From Hypanus sabinus (Eukaryota), in contig NC_082709.1 in NCBI RefSeq assembly GCF_030144855.1, positions 178,498,001 through 178,562,000 of the forward strand: 64,000 bases of DNA, written 5' to 3'. Made by a program: the position numbers and the translations under genes. Of the stretch, positions 1 to 13,650 are shown in pieces; the stretch's first letter is position 1; each line of letters starts with the position of its first letter. The notes below the pieces were generated by a model. It was not told the origin of the DNA. It ran no database searches and saw nothing but the letters and a program-made list of their open reading frames with translations.

Positions 1-249
1 TCACAAAAAACAAGCTTAGAGTTAAACTGCAAGAAAAATGACAACACTATATTCAAATCCAACATTGACAAATTACAGCCAAGTTCAGGTCATTTGTTGA
101 TGTTGATGTCATGAGGAGAGTGAACAAGCTCCTTACAGACAGCGGTGTGAATTGAACTCCGATTGCTCGTGCTGAAAAGCTTTACGGTCGCTATTATGCT
201 GCCAATTGCAGCCTTGGCATTTCAGCACTTAAATGGTTTCCTTTTTACA

Positions 250-570
250 GGAGGTTTACCAGGGTGCTGCCTGGATTAGAGAGCATGTCTTATGAGGAAA
301 AGTTGAGTGAGTCTTTGGAGCAAAGGAGGATGTGAGGTTACTTGATAGAGGTGTATAAGAGGAGTAGATCGAGTGGATAGCCACTTGTACCTTTTTCCCA
401 GAGTGGAATGGCTAAAAGAAGGGGGTAAATAATTTTAAGGTAATTGGAGGAAAATATAGGGGGTGGGGAATACCCGAGGGAAGTTTTATTTAATAGAGTT
501 GTGGGTGTATGAACACATTGCCAGGGGTTGTGATAAAGGCAGACACATTAGGAACATTTAAGAAACTTTT
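250..570 (+). mobile_element. CR1-type LINE, ORF2 C-terminal/3' fragment
   Basis: Decayed RFTRVLPGLE..SYEE.L..RR..G.LIEVYK-type coding remnant, matching the other CR1 3' ends in the window. Confidence 0.75.
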
Positions 571-639
571 ATGTAATGCCCAGTTCACATTGTTACTGTT
601 GGGCTGTAGGTCTTTCATTTTGCAGCTCTGTTAAAGGGG

Positions 640-1027
640 AAAATAAAGTCTGATGTAGCAGCATTTCAGTGGAGTAAGGGAAATTACAGTGGTATGAGAG
701 AGGAGTTGGCCAAAGTAAACTGGAAGGAGTTGCTGGCAGGAATGTCAGCAGAGCAGCGATGTTGTGCATTTCAGGAAAGAATGAGAAAGGTGAAGGACAT
801 GAATATTCCAAAAAAGAAGAAATACTTGAATGTGGAGGCCAGGGCATTTGGTGTACTTAAGACGGAGATTGATAGGTTCTTGATTGGACATGGCATCAAA
901 GGTTACAGGGAGAAGGCTGGGAACTGGGGTTGAGAAAGAGATTTTTAAAAAAGAAACAGCCAGGATTGAATGGTGGAGCAGAGTGCATGGGACAGATGGC
1001 CTAATTTTGCTCCTATATCTTATGGTA
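640..1027 (+). mobile_element. CR1 fragments (post-APE linker joined to a 3' end)
   Basis: ORF 694-933 starts MREELAKVNW (as in ORF 10485-11012) and ends FKTEIDRFL..GIKGY-like, followed by a CR1 3'UTR. Confidence 0.75.
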
Positions 1028-1255
1028 ACTGCATCGATATGTTGGTCCCAGGATAGATCCTCAGAGATATTGACAACTAGGAAATTGAACTTCCTCACCC
1101 TTTTTATTTCTGATCCCTCGATGAGGTCTGGTGTATGTTTCCTTATCTTACTCTTTTTGGGTTGCACAATCATTTCTTTAGGTTTACTGAAGTTGAGTGC
1201 AAGGTTGTTTCTATGACACCACTCAATCTGCTGATCTTTCTCACTCCTGTACACC
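1028..1255 (-). mobile_element. Rex1-type LINE RT C-terminal fragment
   Basis: ORF 745-1419 contains EWCHRNNLALNFSKPKEMIV...FNFLVVNISEDLSW, which resembles Rex1/Babar RT domains 6-7. Confidence 0.75.
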
Positions 1256-3415
1256 TGTAGGGATGATTTTAAAGAATGGAGGGCTACGTAGGAGGGAAGG
1301 GTTAGATTGAACTTAGAATAGGTTAAGTGGTTGACATGACATCGTGGACCAAAGGCCTGTAGCATGCAGTAGTATTCTATGTGCTTAGAAAGTCCATCAT
1401 ACAGGGATGCAGATCTCACCTAGGTGATGTAATGTAGAAAAAGAAAATGTTATCTAAATGCTGAAAGAATTAGCTTCTGACATTTAATGGGATCTGGTGC
1501 CCCGGTGTATGTTCCACCTCGATGTGCTTTTGTATAGAATGTTCTGTCAGGATGGTAAAAGGTTAGTTCAGTTGACAGAAATGCAGAATTAAGGTTGTAC
1601 TGAAATCAGCTGTAATCTTATTAAATGGGAAAATAAACTTAAGAGGCCTTAAGTTGGCTACTCTTGCTACTATTCATAAGGACAGTGAACGCTGACAGAC
1701 TCTTTATAAAAATTCTGGCTGATGTGTTGTTGGTTAAATGTTCTCGCTACCTGATAGTAATTTAAAAATTTAAGAAACACTCTTTATCTCTAGCAATGCC
1801 TACAATTTAAAGAGTAATGTTGGGATTAAACAGTATCGACAGATGGTGTTACCCACGGGGAGTTGATAACGGAGGTTTTGATGCATACTGTATTGCCTTT
1901 TTCTCTTCCAAGAAAACACAAAACCTCCCCAACCATTTAAATTTATTTTTGGGAAATCTATGCTGCACCTGCTAGAATGTCCAGCCATGCACTGTAAGTG
2001 GCTTTTAGATTAATGTTTCCTCAGACTTCCTACTTGGTAAATTAATAATAAAAGAATGCTGGGCTAAATGCCAGCAAAACTGCCAAGGCAGCACACTCTG
2101 GAGATTGTTTTCTTCCTAATTAGCAACAGCTCAAGCTGCTAGCACAAGGACCGCTTTCTAAATTGTTCAGCTCTTCGAGTTAGGGTGTGAAGTGCCCATA
2201 GGGTGTACCAGGACATTGGACGTCTCCAAGGCCAAGGATGTTATAAGCACAGTCTCTCTACAGCAACTGCCTGGTCACTGCTCTCATCCACTTGTGTATA
2301 CCAAACCAAGTAAAGCTATGGTGTGATGTATGTATCTCCTCCTATTGGCTCATACATCACAGAAAGCAGCTTCCTCTCCATGGACTCTACACTTCTCTCC
2401 ACCTTGATAAAGGAGCTAGCATCCATCCTTCCCATTGGGCACAAGATAGCAAAGCCTGAAAGCACTACCACCATTACTGTTTCTATCCTGCTGCTGTAAA
2501 AACACTGAGTGGTCGCTAGCACAGTAAGGTAAATTCCTTACCTTACAGTCATACCTGGTATTGTCTCTCAGCACTGTGCTTTCTTTGTGATTGTAGCATT
2601 TTGTTTTGCACCGTTATTGATTTAGCCTGGACTGCCACAATGCACTATTGCAATGAATCCGAAGTTCAAAGTACGTTTATTATCAAAGTGTACAATTCCG
2701 AGATTCGGCCTCCTGTAGGCAGCCACACAACAAACAAAACACCATGGCATCTGTTCCTATAAAGACATCATTCAATGTGGGGGAGAAAAAAGAAACCTAA
2801 ATTGCACAAACAGCAAAGAGCAAAAGGGGAACAGTATATAGAATATCAACATAAAACCAGGAGTTCAAGTGTATTCAGTTTAATTCAGTTCAGCACTGAC
2901 AGTGCCAGTCTTCACCCAAGAGACCCAGTCGTCACTGATCATCCAGATCAAACTGTTCAAAAACAGCAACTAGAATCCAGTAACACATGTAACTAAAACT
3001 AGTCCACAGCCACGAGCTTTGCCGATCAATCATTGCAATATGGAACCAAAGACGCCTGCTCCTTCCTCTGACAGCAGCTAACGAGAGGGGGAAGAAGACC
3101 AGTTAACTGCAGTCAGATGGTGCTGAACATTCATTCATCGTTGACTTCAACCTTGCTCGATGCTTCAATCACAGAGAAGCAATGAAGTCAATCATGGGCT
3201 CATGCCCCACCACCTGGCTTTCAGAGCACCATGCAGCACATTCCACTCTGTATTCAAAATAATTTTCACAATCACAGTGCATGTGACAATAATAAACCAA
3301 TTTAACTCTTTGAAAGGGATGTTACCTACTTTGGAAAGTCCTAGATGGTACTATGTAAAAGCAACTTTATCCCTCCTACTGCAACAGATTTGTCCTGGAG
3401 TTGGAAGTCTGTCTA

Positions 3416-3418
<3 letters not shown>

Positions 3419-3448
<30 letters not shown>
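3419..3448. repeat. (GT)n microsatellite
   Basis: Direct observation. Confidence 0.95.
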
Positions 3449-3450
<2 letters not shown>

Positions 3451-3719
3451 GAGGTAGGAAAAGGGTTTGCTTGTTTTACTGTTGTTTTCGTTACTAGTGT
3501 CTTGTGTTGTTCTAAACATTGCTGGCATGTCTTGTTGGCGTTGGAATGTGAGGCAACACTTGCGGGCTGCCCATCCTTGGGTGTGTTAATCATCAAAGCA
3601 AATGATGCATCTTACTGTATACTTCCATGTAAATGTGATAAATCTGCAGACTTTGAAATGTGCTTTTCTTAATTGTGCACTGTTTGTTATTAACTAATTT
3701 TGTAGAACAACGCAGGAAA

Positions 3720-4475
3720 GGTGGTTATTTACCTCTTTACGGAGATTCGGCAAACACCAATGGAAACACCGAAGGCTCTTGAATGGAAAATCCTCAAAAG
3801 TAGTGATTACGGTTCAGTATACATGGGTAAAGCCCACCCCACCACTGAGCACACCTACGTGGACTGATGCTGCAGCAAAGTCGCATCCCTCTTTCCCCCA
3901 GAGAGTTGTGGATCTGTGGAATGCTCTGCCTCAGAAGGCAGTGGAGGCCAATTCGCTGGATGCTTTCAAGAAAGAGTTAGATAGAGCTCTTAAAGATAGT
4001 GGAGTCAGGGGGATATGGGGAGAAGGCAGGAGCGGAGTACTGATTGTGGATGATCAGCCATGATCATATTGAATGGCGGTGCTGGCTCAAAGGGCTGAAT
4101 GGCCTACTCCTGCACCTATTGTCTATCATCAGAAAGAAGGTGCTGAAGCCAAACCACCAGGGTCAGGAAGATTAACCATCAAACTCTTGAACCAACTAGG
4201 ACAACTTCACTTGCCCCATCACTGAAATGTTCCCACAACCTATGGGCTCACTTTCAAGGCCCCTTCATCTCATATTCTCTATTTATTGCTTGTGTACTAT
4301 TATTATTATTTTATTTTATTGGCACGGTTTGTTGTCTTTTGCACACTGGTTGTCTGCCCGACTGATTCTATTAAGGCTATTGGATTGATTGAATATACCA
4401 GTAAGAAAATGAATCTCAGGATTGTATATGGTGACATTCATGCATTTTGATAATTTTATTTTGAACTTTGAAAGC
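3720..4475 (+). mobile_element. Rex1-derived 3' fragment interrupted by a CR1 3' end (~3889-4124)
   Basis: Rex1-like SLRRFG remnant and a 3'UTR ending in ttttatttgaactttgaa-like tail. The inserted CR1 3' end reads FPQRVVDLWNALPQKAVEA and ends in cctattgtct, the same subfamily as 8807-11036. Confidence 0.7.
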
Positions 4476-5844
4476 TCTTTAAAAAAATTAATATAAGTTC
4501 TTAGCATTCTGGATTAACCAAAATGTGGTGACTTTCTGTACAGTTTGTGTAAGAAAGACATGGAGGTAGAATCCAGCCATGTCTTTGGGAATGGAGAAAA
4601 TTAGTATTCAGATTTTAACAATACGTTATTTTGTATGTAATAAAGGGGAGGAAGAGTGAGCAGGGAAGTTCAACATGAGAACTGTGGGCAGCATAAAGAC
4701 CTAAAAGTTATTTCCCGTAGTTGGGTTGAAGATGGAGTTCAATAACTGGAAATACATTGGATGTGTCCAGTGTCATAGAGTCAGACAGCTTAACAAAAGC
4801 AGACTGAGTCGCTCAGATTAAATTTATTATTAAAGTACATGTACGTTATCACATACTACCTTAAGATTTTTTCATAAGTGTTTACAAAAAAAAATAAAGA
4901 TATGATAGAATTTCCGAAAGCTATAAATAAACAAAGGCAGGCAAAGAACCATAAAATATATTATTAAATAATACCGAGAACTTGATTTGTGTAGACCTTA
5001 AGTCTGTATGTTGTGGAATCAGTTCAGAGTTGAGGTGAGTTAAGTTTTCTGCACTGGTTCAAACCCATCTAAGCTCGTCCCATTTGCCAACATTTCAGAA
5101 TCTGGTTTATTATAACTGCTTCGGTTTCCTCCCGCAGTCCAAAGGCCTACCGTTTAGTGGGTTAACTGGTTATTTAAATTGTCCTGTTATTAGCTGGGTT
5201 GCTGGGTGGTGGTTTTGTTGAACCGGAAGGGCCTGTTCCATGCTGTATCTCTAAAAATAAATTAATGGTTTGCTGGAGGCAGCCCACAGGGCAGCCTCAT
5301 ATTCCTTTGTCAACACAGCATGCCAACAATCTTCAGCAGAATATGCAGCCAACATATGACACTGATGAAACAAAACAAGGCAAAACAAGTTCCTTTCCCA
5401 TCCACTCACACACAGTCGGGCCTCAACCCTAGGACAGACAAATTTAAAATAACAGTTCTTCATAAACTGCAACTGATGAGGAGGCAGGAAAATCTCTGGT
5501 ACATGGAGTTTTACCCAGTGAAGATTTAAAATTAAAGTCATGTTAAATATCAACTGAGATTATTTATAACACGAACAAGCAGCAATATGTGTGCCTTCAG
5601 ATGGGATGAGTGCCAAACACATTTCAACCAATATGTTCAGTTAGAAATCAGTATTCCAGTATTGCGTGAACTGAGGATTGCTGTAAATTAAATTTAGGAA
5701 GAGGATTCCTTAATGAAACTTTTAAATATAAATTTTATTAGGCAGACTGAAATGCTGCTTTTAAATTTATTTTGCCCTAAAAAGAATTACTGGTCTTTGG
5801 TTGGTGATTGGATGGACAATTTCTTTATTAATTTGCTTCATTGA

Positions 5845-6437
5845 ACACTACAGCATAATATAGGCCCTTTGGCTTATACTGTTGTGACAATCATCAAGTC
5901 TAATCCTTCTCTCCTACATGGACCTCCATTTTTCTATCATCCATGTATCTATCTAAGAATTTCTTAAATAGGTACTTAATGTATCTGCTTCTCCCATCAC
6001 CCCTGACAGGGTCTTCCACCACTCTGTTTTAAAAATACTTACCTCTGACGTCCCCCACCCCCCCCCCATACTTTCCTCCAATCACCTTAAAATTATGCTT
6101 CCCTGTATTAACCTTTTCCATCCTGGGGAAAAAGGTCTCTGGCTATCCGCTCGATCAATGTCTCATTATCTTGTTCATTGTATCTAGTCACTTCTCATTC
6201 TCCTTCACTTCAAAGAAGTCCTAGCTCGCACAACCTTTCCTCATAAGACATGCTCTCTAATCCAGGCAGCATTCTGGTGAACTTCCTCTGCACCCTCTCT
6301 AAAGCTTCCACATCCTTCCAGGAATGAGATAACCAGAACTGAACTCAATTTTCCAAGTGTTGTCTAGCCAGGGTTTTATAGAGATGCAACATTACCTCTT
6401 GAACTCAATCTAATGAAGGCCAACACACCATGCACTC
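5845..6437 (-). mobile_element. CR1 LINE 3' fragment
   Basis: Reverse complement of the CR1 3' region seen at 250-570 and 32105-32890. Confidence 0.75.
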
Positions 6438-6689
6438 TGGAGAATGTACAGTTATATAGCATCTTTTAACATCGTAAAACACAATATCAAGAACTCTTAC
6501 AAGATATTGAGAGCAAATTGCAGCAATCTATTCCTGAATCTAAAGATTCTGCTCAGTGGTCTTAAAGGGATATCTTGGGAACTAACCAGCTACAGCTCAT
6601 GCAGTTATTTGAAGAAAATAAAAACCCTTGTCACTCAAAAACTTCTGGAGGAGGAGCAGAAATTCGGAAGTGGAGTCAGGAGACTGTCG

Positions 6690-7480
6690 ATGCCAGAATC
6701 TGGACCAACAAACAATCTGCTGGAAGAAGATGGAAAATCGAGTAGCCTCTGTGGATGGGAAAGAAATTCTTGACATTTTGGGCCAAAACCTGTATCAGAA
6801 ATGTTAAATTCTTGCCAGATCCTGTTCAGACACTGAGTAAATTTGTGTAATTGTTTTTTATCAAGCAAGCTCAGTAGTCTGAACAGCCCTGATTCTATAG
6901 ACAGTGGAGGATTCCCCTGAAACACATACCCAAGATATTGAGTTCTCAGCCCAGAATATCGACTGTTCACTTCCCTCTGCAGATGCTGCCTGACCTGCTG
7001 AGTTCCTCCAGCTTTTTGTCTGTGTTGCTCTGGATTTCCAGTATCTGCAGAACCTCTTGTGTTTCAGATATTATTGATGATAGGGATGGCCGCTCAGGAG
7101 AAAGCAGCAACAATCTGGTCTGTGGCAGCAGGACTGGTCCAGGTGGCCAGAAGGAAAGTGGGAAGGGAGGGAGAGCTGCTGTGGTAAAAGACTATAGAGA
7201 ACTTTAGAGGTGTACAACAGTGGACAGGCCACTTGACCCACAATATTGTGCCACTGCTGATGCCAATTTATTCTAAAAGTCGTCTTCCTGGGTATCATCC
7301 ATATCCCTCAGGACTGATGAAGGGTCATCATGATGAAGGGTCTCGGCTAGATGCGCCAAATGTTTATTCCTCTCCATTGATGCTACCCGACTCAGTGAGT
7401 TCCTCCAGCACTTTGTGTGTTGCTGTAGATTTCCAGCATCTGCAGAATATTTTGGCTGGATGAGTCCTCCCTAGTATTTT
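6690..7480. mobile_element. Cluster of Penelope-like terminal repeat fragments in both orientations
   Basis: Repeated gatgctgcctgacctgctgagttcctccagc..ttgtgtgttgct..gatttccagcatctgcag motif, with ctgatgaagggtc hammerhead-like cores at 7314-7345. Confidence 0.65.
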
Positions 7481-7597
7481 GTTTTGCCCTCAACCCTAAT
7501 TGCTTGCCGGTTGGAAGGCTTAATTGACCATTGTAAATTGCTCCTTCTTTGCGTATAGTAGAATTGGGGTAGCTGATGGAGCATTACAAGAATGAAT

Positions 7598-7895
7598 TGC
7601 AGCATAGCAGCTTAGCAGTTAGTGTTACGTTTTGGAGAACCAGCTGAATGTCTGTTGCTGTCTGTAAGGAGTTCGCAAGTTCTTCCTGTGAGACATATCG
7701 GTTTCCTCTGGGTGTTTCAGTTTCCTCCCACATGTCAAAGACGTAAAGGTTAGTAAGTTGCTGGCATGCTACTTTGGTATCAGAATCTTGGTGACACTTG
7801 AACAACCCAGACTGTGTTGGCTATTGATGCAAATGATGCATTTCACTGTATGTTTTGATGTCTCAATGAATGTGTGACAGAAAAAACTACTCTTT
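7598..7895 (+). mobile_element. tRNA-derived V-domain SINE (HE1-like)
   Basis: V-domain-like gtttcctctgggtgtttcagtttcctcccacatgtcaaagac after a tRNA-like head. Confidence 0.65.
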
Positions 7896-8806
7896 AGAGT
7901 AGGGTATTGTAAAATGGGTGTTTGGAAGATTTGTGAGGGGCTGAATGTGGCTACTGTGATGGGAAACTTTGATCATTGCGCTAGGGCACTGTGACTGCTA
8001 GTTTCTCTCGTTAGCTAGCTGAACTTAATCTCCTGAACAGTTTCTGAAACAGCTCATCAGTCCCGAGACAAACTCGCTGATACCTCCCCGCCTTATCTTC
8101 CAGATCGTTGAGACTGCCTGTTTATGCAGTGGTGTGCTACAGGTTTGCAGTGGCACCTTATTAAAAATGACTGAGTGCGTGGAGCGCTTAGAATTTAAAT
8201 ACAGTAATAAAAAAGGGGGTAATCAGATGCACACCTGCTCCTGCTGGACTTGGCACAAGATCCTCACTCGAGTCGTACAGCAGATAAAGGACCATAACTC
8301 AAAGAACATCTGGTACAATGTATCTCATTTTCAGCTTCTGCACATGCAGGATAGGCAGTGCATGAGACTTTACAAGTCTAGAAATGATTGGTAGTGAAGC
8401 AGTGTGGACGGCCCACTGCTTAATGGTTTCATAATGATTCTCTGTCCATTCTGTAAGCTCAACTATCAAGGGTTCATTATTTATGCTGAAATACCATAGG
8501 TTTGAAGTCCCTTGTGAACTGGACACAAGTCCCTTGTGCTGTAAGTGCAATGTTTACTGAAGCAACATGAGCAATTTCTAATGTAATAATATTTCTTATG
8601 CATCAGGAGCAATTAAACATGAACGTAACTGGTGATGATTGCACCAAACCTGTGTGATTCATGAATCAGATCACATGGCTTCCTAGACGGACATTAAGGA
8701 GCTGTTGGATCTGATTAGTTTCTGTTCCTTGGGGTTCTTCCGGGAGTCGAGAATGACGAGCAGTCTTAATTGCAAGACTTTAGTTTATTTTAGAGTACAA
8801 AAAAAA

Positions 8807-11036
8807 ACAATAGACAATAAACAGTAGGTGCAGGAGTAGGCCATTCAGTGCTTCTAGCCATTGCGATCATGGCTGATCATACACAATCAGTACTCCGTTC
8901 CTGCCCTCTCCCCATATCCCTTGACCTCATTATCTATAAAAGCTCTATTTAACTCTCTCTTGAATGCATCCAGAGACTTGGCCTCCACTGCCTTCTGGGG
9001 CAGAGCATTCCACATATCCACCACTCTCTGGGTGAAAAAGTTTTTCCGCATCTCAGTTCTAAATGGCCTACCCCTTATTCTTAAACTGTGGCCTTTAGTT
9101 CTGGACTCACCCATCAGCGGGAACATGCTTCCTGCCTCCAGTGTGTCCAATCCCTTAATAATCTTATATGTTTCAATCAGATCCCCTCTCATCCTTCTAA
9201 ATTCCAGGGTATACAAGCCCAGTCACTCCAATCTTTCAACATATGACAGTCCCGCCATTCCGGGAATTAACCGTGTGAACCTACGCTGCACTCCCTCAAT
9301 AGCAAGAATGTCCTTCCTCAAATTTAGAGACCAAAACTGCACACAATACTCCAGGTGGGGTCTCACCAGGGCCATGTACAGCTGCAGAAGAACTCTTTAC
9401 TCCTATACTCAATTCCTCTTGTTATAAAGACCAGCATGCCATTAGCTTTCTTCACTGCCTGCTGTACCTGCATGCTTGCTTTCATTGACTGATGTACAAG
9501 AACACCTAGATCTTGTTGTACTTCCCCTTTTCCTAACTTGACTCCACTTAGATAGATCTGCCTTCCTGTTCTTGCCACCAAAGTGGATAACCTCACATTT
9601 ATCCACATTAAACTGCATCTGCCATACATTTGCCCCCTCGCCCAACCTGTCCAAGTCACTCTGCATTCTCATAACATCCTCCTGACATTTCACACTGCCA
9701 CCCAGCTTTGTGTCATCGGCAAATTTGCTAATGTTACTTTTAATCCCTTCATCTAAATCATTAATGTATATTGTAAACAGCTGTGGTCCCAGCACTGAAC
9801 CTTGCGGTACCCCACTGGTCACAGCCTGCCATTCCGAAAGGGACCCGTTAATCACTAATCTTTGTTTCCTGTCAGCCAGCCAATTTTCAAACCATGTCAG
9901 TACTTTGCCCCCAATACCATGTGCCCTAATTTTGCCCACTAATCTCCTATGTGGGACTTTATCAAAAGCTTTCTGGAAGTCCAGGTACACTATGCCCACT
10001 GGCTCTCCCTTGTCCATTTTCATAGTTACATCCTCAAAAAACTCCAGAAGATTAGTCAAGCATGATTTTCCCTTCATAAATCCATGCTGACTCGGACTGA
10101 TCCTTCTACTGCTATCCAAATGTGTCATAATTTCCTTTTTTATAATTGACTCCAGCATCTTTCCCCACCACTGACGTCAGGCTAATTCCCTGTTTTCTCT
10201 CTCCCTCCTTTCTTGAAAAGTGGGACAACATTAGCCACCCTCCAATCAGCAGGAACTGTTCCTGAATATATAGAACATTGGAAAATGATTACCAATACAT
10301 CCACAATTTCTAGAGCCACCTCTTTAAGTATCCTGGGATGCAGACCATCAGGTCCCGGGGATTTATCAGTCTTCAGACTCAACAGTCTATCCAACACTGT
10401 TTCTTGCCTGATATAAATTTCCTTCAGTTCATCCTTTACCCTAGTTCCTTTGACCACTATTACATCTGGGAGATTGTTTGTGTCTTACCTAGTGAAGACA
10501 GATCCAAAGTACCTGTTCAACTCATCTGCCATTTCCTTGTTCCCCATAATAAATTCACCCATTTCTGTCTTCAGTGGCCCAATTTTGGTCTTAACTATTT
10601 TTTTGCTAATCACATACCTAATGAAGCTTTTACTATCCTCCTTTATATTCCTGGCTAGTTTATCTTTGTACCTCATTTTTTCTTGGTGTATTGCCTTTTT
10701 TGTTATCTTCTGTTGCTCTTTAAAAGCCTCCCAGTCCTGTGGTTTCCCGCTCATCTTTGCTATGTTATATTTCTTCTCTTTTATTTTTATACTGCTCTTT
10801 ACTTCCCTTGTCAGCCATGGCCGCCCCTTACTCCCCTTAAGACCTTTCTTCCTCTTTGGAATGAACTGATCCTGCACCTTCTGCATTATTCCCAGAAATA
10901 CCTGCCATTGTTGTTCCATTGTCTTCCCTGCTAGGGTATTGTTCCATTGAACTTTGGCCAGCTCCTCCCTCATAGCTCCATAGTTGCCTTTGTTCAACTG
11001 TAATACTGACACATCCGATTTTCCCTTCTTCTCAAA
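8807..11036 (-). mobile_element. 5'-truncated CR1 LINE ORF2 (RT), disrupted by several frameshifts
   Basis: ORFs 10485-11012, 10182-10457 (KSPGPDG), 9442-10158 (QHGF, YLDFQKAFDKV, GVPQGSVLGP, FADD), 9363-9659 and 8887-9216. The 3' tail is (TATTGTC)n at ~8807-8825. Confidence 0.95.
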
Positions 11037-11616
11037 TACTGAATAAAGTAAGTACAGAGCTGAGAAGCGATGCTAAGTGGGGAATTAATGCTAAGGAAGT
11101 AAAGGTGGCATTTCTGAAAATCTACCACTTATATAATGTAAAAAATCCTAAAGTAGAGAATAAACTAGTTAACAGGCTATATAATTAAACCAATTACATC
11201 ACGTGCTAATAGTTAACCAATGAGAAAGGTGATAAACTTTTAGTTTAACTGCTATACCACTTTCTGCCGGTAAAATGCATGAGTTTGTTAAAGCAGAAAT
11301 CTTATGAGAAGTATTTTTTTTAAAAAGTGGTTTACAACAGTGTCTCCCATGTGTGCTTGAGGTAATGATATAAGAGGGAGCTCTTGTCCTTGAAAGACTG
11401 AGGGTGCAGATTCTCAATCATGAAGGCTACAACAGGGAAAGAGGCTTTTGGGCCCATCACATTTGTGCCAGCCCAGAGAGAGCAATCTGGCTAGAATCAC
11501 TCTTGTATTCTCTCAACAATGTTCTGTTTTATTTGCAGTTCCCTTTTCGATGTCACAATTTAATCTTCTTGAAGCCTGAGCATGGTACTCTGGGACAGTT
11601 TCCATATTGCTATCCT

Positions 11617-11950
11617 ATACTCAGTGGTCACTTTATCTGGTAGACCTTATTAATGCAACCAATCATGTCAACAACTAAATGCATACAAGGATGCAAACAT
11701 TGTCAAGAGGTTCAGTTATTGTTCAAATCAAACACCAGATTGGGGACAAAATGTGATCAAATTGAGTTTAACTGTGAAAGGATTATTGGTGCTAGACAGG
11801 GTGGTTTGATCTCCTGAGATTTTCACACACAACAGTCTCTGGAGTTTACAGAAAATGGTGTGAAGAATAAAAAAAGGAGACATCCAGTGAGTGGCCGTTC
11901 TGTGGGCAAATTTGCTTTGATAATTAGAGAGGTCAGAGAAGAATGGTCAG
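11617..11950 (+). mobile_element. Tc1/mariner non-autonomous element, left part
   Basis: TIR-like actcagtggtcacttta followed by a decayed transposase N-terminal HTH region. Confidence 0.75.
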
Positions 11951-13430
11951 TCTGTGGAAGACACTAGCAGTATGGTGGAAGTTCCAGATGTCAGGGGGCA
12001 CGCAATGTGTGAAGTTGCCATAACTAGAGAGCAGGTTCTTGAGAAACTGAAAGTTCTGAAGGTAGTTAAGACACCTGGACCAGATGATGTACAACCGAGA
12101 GTTCTAAAAGATGCGGCTGAAGAGATTGTGGTGAAATTAGTAATAATCTTTCAAGAATCGCTTGATTCTGGTATAGTTCATGAATACTGAAAAAATTTGC
12201 AATGTCACTCCACTCTTCAAGAGGGAAAGAGGTAGAAGAAAGAAAACTGTTGGCCAGTTAGTCTGACCTCTGGTTGGGAAGGTGTTAGTGTCAATTTTTA
12301 TGGATAAGGTTTTGGGGTACTTGGAGGCACATTATAAAATAGGCCGTAGTAAGCATGGTTTCCTCAAAGGAAAATCTTGCCTGACAAATCTGTTGAAATT
12401 CTTTGAAGAAGTGGCGGGCAGGATAGACAAAGGAAAATTGGTTAACGGTGTGTACTTGGATTTTCAGACAGCCTTTGACAAGGTGTCTCATATGAGGCTG
12501 CTTAACAAGCTATGAACCCATGGTATTATAGGAGATATTCTAGCATGGATAAAGCAGTGGCTGATTGGCAGGAGGCAAGGAGTGGGAATAAAGGGAAACT
12601 TTTCTGGCTGCCAGTGACTATTGCTGTTTCACAGGGGTCTGTGTTGGGACTGATTCTTTCTGTTAATGATTTGGATGATGGAAATGATGCCTTTGTTGCA
12701 AAGTTTGCAGACGATATGAAGATGGGTAAGATGACAGGTAGTTTTGAGAAAGTAGAGGAGCTACATAAGGACTTGGACCAATTATGAGAATGGGCAACAA
12801 AATGGCAAATGGAATATAGTGTCGGGAAGTGTATGGTCATGTACTTTAGTAGAAGCAATCAAAGGGTTGACTTTACTAAATAGAGAGAAAATACAAAATA
12901 CTGAGGTGCAAAAGGACCTGGGAGTTCTTGTCAAGATCCCCTAAAGTTTACTTTTCAGGTTGAGTCTGTGACGAGAAAGGCAAATATAATATTGGCATTC
13001 ATTTCAAGAGGACTGTAATTAAAAGCAAAGATGTAATGTTGAGACTTTATAAAGTCTCTGGTGGGCCTCACTTTGGAGTATTATGAGCAGCTTTGGGCCT
13101 CTTATCTTCGAAAGGACAGTGTTCAAAGGAGATTTACGAAAATGACTCCAGTATTGAATGACTTATTATAAGTGTTTGATGGTTCTGGGTCGGTATACAC
13201 TAAAATTCAGAAGAATGATGGGGAACCTCATTGAAATTTATTGAATAGTGGGAGGCCTTGATAGGGTGGATGTGGAGAGGATGTATCCTCTGGTAGAAGA
13301 GTCTAAGACCAGAGGACACAGCCTCAGAACAGGGATGTCTTTTTAGATTGGAGGTGACAAATTTCTTTAGCCAGAGAGTGGTGAATCTGTGGAATTATTT
13401 ACCACAAGCAGGTGTGGAGGCCAAGTCTGT
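11951..13430 (+). mobile_element. Degraded CR1 LINE ORF2 (RT)
   Basis: ORFs with KTPGPD, KHGFLKGKSCLTNL, YLDFQTAFDKV, SQGSVLG and FADD, with many stops. Confidence 0.9.
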
Positions 13431-13650
13431 GGGTAAAACGTCCTTGTTAATAAGAGATCTCAGATGAGAATGATCAGACTGGTTTAAATTGACAAAACGA
13501 TGACAGTAGCTCAAATAACCACATATTGCAACAGTGTTTGTACAGAAGAAGATTTCTAAACATGTGGATGGGTTACAGCAGCATAAGCCCACGAACACAC
13601 ACTTTGGCCATTTACTAAGTACCTTTTCTCCCAATAATGTGACCACAGTG
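13427..13650 (+). mobile_element. Tc1/mariner non-autonomous element, right part
   Basis: gacagtagctcaaataaccac internal motif and degenerate TIR pair at ~13598-13650. Confidence 0.65.

Noticed and set aside
3707-3826. Apparent exon (ttttgtag acceptor, GG/gtaaag donor, open frames)
   Set aside because: The sequence matches the Rex1-type C-terminal repeat that continues into 3830-4475.
9442-10158. Long reverse transcriptase ORF as a retron, DGR or defence RT
   Set aside because: It has CR1 non-LTR motifs with frameshifts and a CR1 3' tail in eukaryotic context.
8861-10934. Long plus-strand ORFs antisense to CR1 (e.g. 188, 126 and 139 aa)
   Set aside because: Shadow ORFs of the minus-strand CR1 coding sequence.
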